From NCBI GenBank assembly GCA_903831805.1, contig CAIKZD010000009.1, positions 217,939 through 281,938 of the forward strand: 64,000 bases of DNA, given 5' to 3'. The notes under the pieces were generated by a model that saw only the letters and a program-made list of their open reading frames with translations, searched no databases and was not told the origin of the DNA. The stretch is from an uncultured bacterium (GTDB lineage: Bacteria > Patescibacteriota > Minisyncoccia > Moranbacterales > UBA2206). Shown one piece after another: positions 59,342 through 64,000 of this stretch. How positions within the stretch are numbered: the stretch's first letter is position 1; each line of letters starts with the position of its first letter. Position numbers and translations under genes: made by a program.

Positions 59342-60178
59342 ATGAATGAAAGTTATTATCCAAGTCAAGATCCAATTTTAAAATTGAAGCAGGAAATGAA
59401 ATTGCGGAAGTTTAGTCCGAAAACCGTCAAGTCCTATTTATATTATATCACGGATTTACTGAAGCAATCAAACAAAAATCCCAAAACTGTCAATACGGAC
59501 GATATTCGGGGATATTTAGAATATCTAGCTGACAAAAATTTCGCTGCTTCAACCCTAAATGGTGCCTATAGTGCTTTCAAACTCTACTTTGAAAAAATCC
59601 TTTATCGTCATTTCTTTGCCAATATTCCACGCGCCAAATGCCCCAAAAAATTGCCGGAAACCCTCACCAAAGAAGAGGTGAAAAAAATTCTAGGCACGAT
59701 TCAGAACGTAAAACACAAGCTGTTACTAGGATTGATGTATTCATCAGGACTGCGAGTTTCGGAAGTTGTGAATTGCAAGGTCAAAGATTTGGATTTTGAA
59801 AGCAAATTGATGCGGGTGCGCCAAGCCAAGGGAGCTAAGGACAGAATGACTATCTTATCAGAAAAAATGATTGTTGTTTTGCAAAGATATTTAAAGAATA
59901 AAAAATCTGACGACTATGTTTTCGAAAGCGACCGTGGTGGCAAACTGACTGAAAGAACGGCTCAGAAAATTTTTTGCGACGCCTTGCAAAAATCTGGCAT
60001 CAAAAAACCGGCTACTTGCCACAGTTTGCGCCATTCTTTTGCCACTCACCTCTTGGAATCCGGCACCAGCATCCGCTATATCCAAGAACTTCTTGGCCAT
60101 GCACGCCTCGAGACCACGCAAATTTACACCAAAGTGGCCAACACGAACCTGCAAACTATCAAAAGTCCATTAGATTAG
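59342..60178 (+). CDS. Tyrosine recombinase, integron-integrase-like but short (no I2 insertion)
   Basis: N-terminal SPKTVKSY SAM-like domain; GLRVSE, KGAKDR, HSLRHSFATHLLE, IQELLGH and TTQIYT. Confidence 0.92.
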   Translation: MNESYYPSQDPILKLKQEMKLRKFSPKTVKSYLYYITDLLKQSNKNPKTVNTDDIRGYLEYLADKNFAASTLNGAYSAFKLYFEKILYRHFFANIPRAKCPKKLPETLTKEEVKKILGTIQNVKHKLLLGLMYSSGLRVSEVVNCKVKDLDFESKLMRVRQAKGAKDRMTILSEKMIVVLQRYLKNKKSDDYVFESDRGGKLTERTAQKIFCDALQKSGIKKPATCHSLRHSFATHLLESGTSIRYIQELLGHARLETTQIYTKVANTNLQTIKSPLD

Positions 60179-60187
60179 AAAATTATT

Positions 60188-61138
60188 ATGCCAGTCAAAA
60201 CTATTGCTGACCTCCAGAAAGAATACGCCGGCCGGATCGACCATCTTGATTTGGAACTTTTGATCGCGCATACCATCAAAAAACCGCGCGAATTCGTCAT
60301 GGCACACCCGGAATACACTCTTTCGCCAGCGAAAATTGAAACTTGTAAATTGAAACTTGCTCGCCGGATGCGGGCGGAGCCCTTAGCCTATATTTTAGGC
60401 TCTAAGGAGTTTTTTGGCCTCCCCTTCCTGGTATCGCCTGCCACCCTTATCCCCCGCCCTGAGACCGAATTGATGGTGGAGATGGCGTTGGAAGAGGTCG
60501 CCAGTCATCGGTCATCGGTCATCGGTATTGTCGATGTAGGCACCGGCAGTGGAAATATCATTATCTCCATTGCAAAAAACTTAGAGAGTCTTTGTCATCC
60601 TCGCGTAGGCGGGGATCCAGTCGCGCATCAAAAAGTTTCTACACTAGATTCCCGTCTTCACGGGAATGACAGATATAATTTTTACGGCATAGATATTTCA
60701 AGAGATGCACTCGCTGTCGCCAAGCGTAACGCCAAAAAAAATGATGTCGCAACAAAAATAAAATTTCTGCACGGTAATTTATTAGAACCACTCATTCAAA
60801 ATTCAAAATTCAAAATTCAAAATTCCAAGATGATAATTTTAGCCAATCTTCCCTATCTCTCCAAAAAAATTTATGCCGCCACGGCACCCACTGTGAAAAA
60901 ATTTGAGCCGAAGTCCGCGCTATATTCTGCCAAAGAAGGCTTAGCGCATTATGAAAAATTATTCCAACAACTGAAAGAGCTGACGACCAACAACCGAGAG
61001 TTAATGGCCATCTTAGAATTCAGTCCTGAACAAAAAGCTGCACTACAAAAATTGATTCTAAAATATTTCCCTAAAGCTAGAGTAATTTTCAAAAAAGACT
61101 TAGCCCGGAAATGGCGCTTAGCTATCATTACGCCTTAA
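60188..61138 (+). CDS. prmC: Release factor glutamine methyltransferase PrmC/HemK
   Basis: EPLAYILG, LIPRPETE, DVGTGSG and ANLPY. Confidence 0.93.
   Translation: MPVKTIADLQKEYAGRIDHLDLELLIAHTIKKPREFVMAHPEYTLSPAKIETCKLKLARRMRAEPLAYILGSKEFFGLPFLVSPATLIPRPETELMVEMALEEVASHRSSVIGIVDVGTGSGNIIISIAKNLESLCHPRVGGDPVAHQKVSTLDSRLHGNDRYNFYGIDISRDALAVAKRNAKKNDVATKIKFLHGNLLEPLIQNSKFKIQNSKMIILANLPYLSKKIYAATAPTVKKFEPKSALYSAKEGLAHYEKLFQQLKELTTNNRELMAILEFSPEQKAALQKLILKYFPKARVIFKKDLARKWRLAIITP
60593..60671. repeat. dRS3/RPE-like palindromic element, in-frame in prmC
   Basis: TGTCATCCTCGCGTAGGCGGGGATCCAG...CTAGATTCCCGTCTTCACGGGAATGACA; contains ATTCCC-N8-GGGAAT. Confidence 0.85.
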
Positions 61139-61169
61139 AAAAGACTTGGAAATACTTACAAAATATAGC

Positions 61170-61195
61170 AAAAAACCGCCTGTTAGCGGTTTTTT
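61170..61195. terminator. Bidirectional intrinsic terminator
   Basis: AAAAAACCGC-ctgtta-GCGGTTTTTT between convergent genes. Confidence 0.75.
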
Positions 61196-61339
61196 GCTTG
61201 CCCCGAGATTGCGGTTAGCAACTTTTCGGGACTTGCCCCGAGATGGCAAAGCCATTTTTCGGGGCTGTATGCCTTTAACTCTTGCTGAAAAAGGCGGTTT
61301 TGCGACCAATTACATTTGAATTGGTCTCAAGAAGTCAGA

Positions 61340-61468
61340 CTATTTCTTTTTCTTAGTCGCTTTCTTTTTGGTAACTTTTTTCACAGCTTTCTTCACGGTT
61401 TTTTTCACAGCTTTCTTAGCAACTTTTTTCACAACTTTCTTCTTGGTAACTTTTTTCTTTGTAGCCAT
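61340..61468 (-). CDS. Lysine-rich histone-H1-like protein (42 aa)
   Basis: Manual translation MATKKKVTKKKVVKKVAKKAVKKTVKKAVKKVTKKKATKKKK; RBS GGAAGGTGA; missed by the ORF track. Confidence 0.8.
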   Translation of the reverse strand: MATKKKVTKKKVVKKVAKKAVKKTVKKAVKKVTKKKATKKKK

Positions 61469-61699
61469 TTTTTATTTCACCTTCCTTTCTAATTTTATTT
61501 TTCAAATTTATAATTTTGTTTTCGACCTTTTGTTTTAAGTGAAAATATTTTTTGATAAAAATATTTTCCACTTGATTAAATTATAGACTATTTATTTTTA
61601 TTTGCAATAGAAAAAAGTTATCCACACCCTAAAATTTTTAAAAAATATTTTTCTATCCTGTTTATTACTACATCTTATAAAAAATTTTATTCGATTTGT

Positions 61700-61842
61700 T
61701 TAGAAAATAATTTCAAATTTTTAATTTTTAATTTTTATTGAATTTTAAATTTATTAATTTTAAAACCCCTTAAGAAATTGGTTTTATGAATTAGAAATTA
61801 AAACATTATTTAAAAATTACAAAATTAAAAATTAAAAATTTC
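61700..61842. repeat. AT-rich heptamer-periodic imperfect palindrome
   Basis: AATTTTT-like units followed by AAAATTA-like complements. Confidence 0.55.
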
Positions 61843-62010
61843 CCCGATTATTACGCCCTAAAATGACTTTTTGTCCAGTTGACGAGAGGGCCGGATACTA
61901 TTAAGATTTAGAAGAAGAATACGCTTCAACGAAAGCACGTTAACAACTTTTGCGTCATAAGAAAGAGAGGTAGGCGCAAAAACCATAATTAAACTAACAT
62001 AGAAAGGAAG

Positions 62011-62649
62011 GTGAAATCTATGGAATTCAACCAAGAAGAAAATGATGAGAAAATGAAAGAGGAAGGCGAAAACTCACAAGGTCAAGCCAAGCAATGGTTG
62101 CAAGACAACTTGCGCATCATCATCAGCGTCCTGATCGTAGTGTTGATTGCCGGTGGGATCTATTCCTATTCAAAAAGGACCCAAGCTCCGACAGCTTCAG
62201 ATAACTCTGGCGTAACGACAAGCCAAGTAGCTTCCGATAGCAGCAACCAGAACGATCAAGCGACCGACCAAACAACAGCCAATACGACTCAAGCTCAACC
62301 GGCAGCCACAACGCAAGAAAAAGTCTCTTCAGTTGCCACGAGCCAAGAAACTGATAATTCATTCATCGAAACAGCCGTCAAGGGTGATGGGATGACGAAA
62401 TTGGCCCGTAAAGCGGCCGCGAATTATCTCGAAAAAAATCCTAACTCGGCCTTGAGCGCTGAACACAAGATTTATATCGAGGATTATCTCCGAAAAAACG
62501 TCAACCATACTAAGGGAGTTTCCGTCGGAACATCCGTGGAATTTTCAAAAGAACTGATTAAAACGGCGATTGAAAAGTCTCAGACTCTCAGTCCAAAACA
62601 ACTTACTAACTTGCACAAATATGCAGTGAGAGTGCCGTCACTATCCTGA
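62011..62649 (+). CDS. Membrane-anchored hypothetical protein
   Basis: TM segment, S/T/Q-rich linker and globular C-terminal domain; purine-rich RBS upstream. Confidence 0.75.
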   Translation: MKSMEFNQEENDEKMKEEGENSQGQAKQWLQDNLRIIISVLIVVLIAGGIYSYSKRTQAPTASDNSGVTTSQVASDSSNQNDQATDQTTANTTQAQPAATTQEKVSSVATSQETDNSFIETAVKGDGMTKLARKAAANYLEKNPNSALSAEHKIYIEDYLRKNVNHTKGVSVGTSVEFSKELIKTAIEKSQTLSPKQLTNLHKYAVRVPSLS

Positions 62650-62731
62650 AAAACAGATTCTGCAAGCTAAGCACAAAAAAATTACTGTTCTTTCATTGAG
62701 ATTAAGAAGTATATTATTACTCACTTTCTAA

Positions 62732-62772
62732 ATAACAAAAATCCCTGCCGATGAGGCAGGGATTTTTGTTAT
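62732..62772. terminator. Bidirectional terminator hairpin
   Basis: ATAACAAAAATCCCTGCC-gatga-GGCAGGGATTTTTGTTAT. Confidence 0.8.
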
Positions 62773-62780
62773 CCGGAAAA

Positions 62781-63209
62781 TTAGTATAGGCTGACGTCAT
62801 CCCCCACTTGAAAACCATACCGGTCGCTTAATCCGGCGCCAATTTCCAGCACATTATCAGCGGGGACGAGCGGACGAGCGATTTCCGCCGAATCAGCGGC
62901 AAAATTTTTCTTGATATACACTATTTTTCCGTCCGCGAGGAAGAGGATGTCTAGCGCGAACTGCATATCTTTCATCCAAAAAGCATACTTCCCTTTTTGG
63001 GGAAAAGCAAAAAGCATCGCACAATGGGGGCATAGATTTTCTCGGCCGCCCAATCCTTTTTGATATTCTTCTTGGGAGCGCGGTAATTCGGCTATAAAAT
63101 TTTGACCATCAATCCTGACCACTTTCCGATAGAAAATGTCCACCAAAAATCCCGTGGCGAGGACGAGGCTACTTAGCAAGAAAAAAATCGCCAGTTTCTT
63201 TTTGATCAT
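62781..63209 (-). CDS. DUF192 family protein
   Basis: KGLGGR, MLFAF, FWMKDMQFALDILF and VLEIGAG. Confidence 0.88.
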   Translation of the reverse strand: MIKKKLAIFFLLSSLVLATGFLVDIFYRKVVRIDGQNFIAELPRSQEEYQKGLGGRENLCPHCAMLFAFPQKGKYAFWMKDMQFALDILFLADGKIVYIKKNFAADSAEIARPLVPADNVLEIGAGLSDRYGFQVGDDVSLY

Positions 63210-63220
63210 ATTGAAAAAAG

Positions 63221-64000
63221 TTAGCCTTGCGTCTTGAGGGAAGAAATTTTTTTATTCACCGCCACTAGTACCCCGGCCATGATTAGCGCTATCAAAAACA
63301 AAGTTATGCCCTTTCCGATTGCCCGCGTATTAAGCGCCACTGCGGCCACCACCACCGTCACTGCCCAATAGCTGCCCACTATTTTTTTTTGCGACCAGCC
63401 CAGTTCCATCAGCTTATAATGCAAATGATTCTTGTCCGGCAGAAAGATGGATTTTTTGTTCTTGAGTCTTTCGCCAATGACCCAAAGAAAGTCCATGATT
63501 GGCACCGCTAGGACCAAAAGAGCCGTGGCCACCTTGGTGCCGGAAAAAATTGACATGACCGCCAGAGAAAAACCCATGAACATGGCGCCGGCCGTCCCAG
63601 CAATGATCATCGACGGATTAAAATTAAATATCAGAAAGCCCAAAATTGTCCCCATGAGGATGGCCGAAAGGATGGCCATCGGTGGTTGATTAACTTCCGG
63701 TCGGAAACTCAGGATAAAAATGCTGGCCGCGGTGATGAAGGTGATGCCGCTCGCCATCCCATCGATCCCATCCGACCAGTTGATAGCGTTTATAACCAGG
63801 ACGATCCAAAAAATCACCAGCGCCACAGACAAAATTATGCCCAAGCCGGAATCTAAGTTTAAGATGCCGCCAGAGAGTGGATTGGTGATGTAGTAGATCC
63901 GAATGCCCATAATGAAAACCAGAATGGCCACGGCTACCTGGATGAAAAGCTGAATTTTCCAAAAAAGTTCTTTCAAATCATCCAAAAATCCGACTATTAG
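63221..64000 (-). CDS. MraY/WecA/TagO-family glycosyltransferase, 5' end outside the window
   Basis: DD motif, NAINWSDGIDG, FNFNPS and DKNHLHY. Confidence 0.9.
   Translation of the reverse strand, partial: LIVGFLDDLKELFWKIQLFIQVAVAILVFIMGIRIYYITNPLSGGILNLDSGLGIILSVALVIFWIVLVINAINWSDGIDGMASGITFITAASIFILSFRPEVNQPPMAILSAILMGTILGFLIFNFNPSMIIAGTAGAMFMGFSLAVMSIFSGTKVATALLVLAVPIMDFLWVIGERLKNKKSIFLPDKNHLHYKLMELGWSQKKIVGSYWAVTVVVAAVALNTRAIGKGITLFLIALIMAGVLVAVNKKISSLKTQG

Larger units (their letters stand above)
40210..60178. mobile_element. Integron-like element: tyrosine recombinase, attI-like site and cassette array
   Basis: Recombinase on + strand divergent from co-oriented - strand cassettes separated by four AAC...GTT hairpin sites; AT-rich cargo; interrupts prfA-prmC. 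Confidence 0.88.

Noticed and set aside
61220-61300. c-di-GMP-I riboswitch suggested by GGCAAAGCC
   Set aside because: It lies between convergent gene ends rather than in a 5' leader, and the two-stem consensus is not met.

Overview
Bacterial chromosomal window, most likely Patescibacteria/CPR (Parcubacteria; inferred from DUF4012, DUF5666 and DUF5656-like genes and the repeat style). The backbone is housekeeping and envelope: clpB, HtrA, lepA, murJ with glycosyltransferases, RNase P RNA, valS, pheST, a MacAB-like exporter with an ECF sigma factor, a lipid-modifying cluster, prfA and prmC. Between prfA and prmC (about 40200-60180) lies a roughly 20 kb integron-like element. A short tyrosine recombinase that lacks the IntI-specific insertion is transcribed divergently from an attI-like site and an array of four complete cassettes plus one eroded cassette, separated by attC-like hairpins. 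Unlike canonical integron cassettes, each complete cassette has its own 55-80 bp terminal inverted repeats, and three share conserved structured leader and trailer modules. Two cassettes are 7-8 kb defence operons: Type I R-M + nuclease + Pycsar, and Type IIS R-M with a RadC-methylase fusion. A second theme is several palindromic repeat families inserted in-frame in lepA, valS, pheT and prmC, with one short motif also inside rnpB. All calls come from reading the sequence; no database searches were run.
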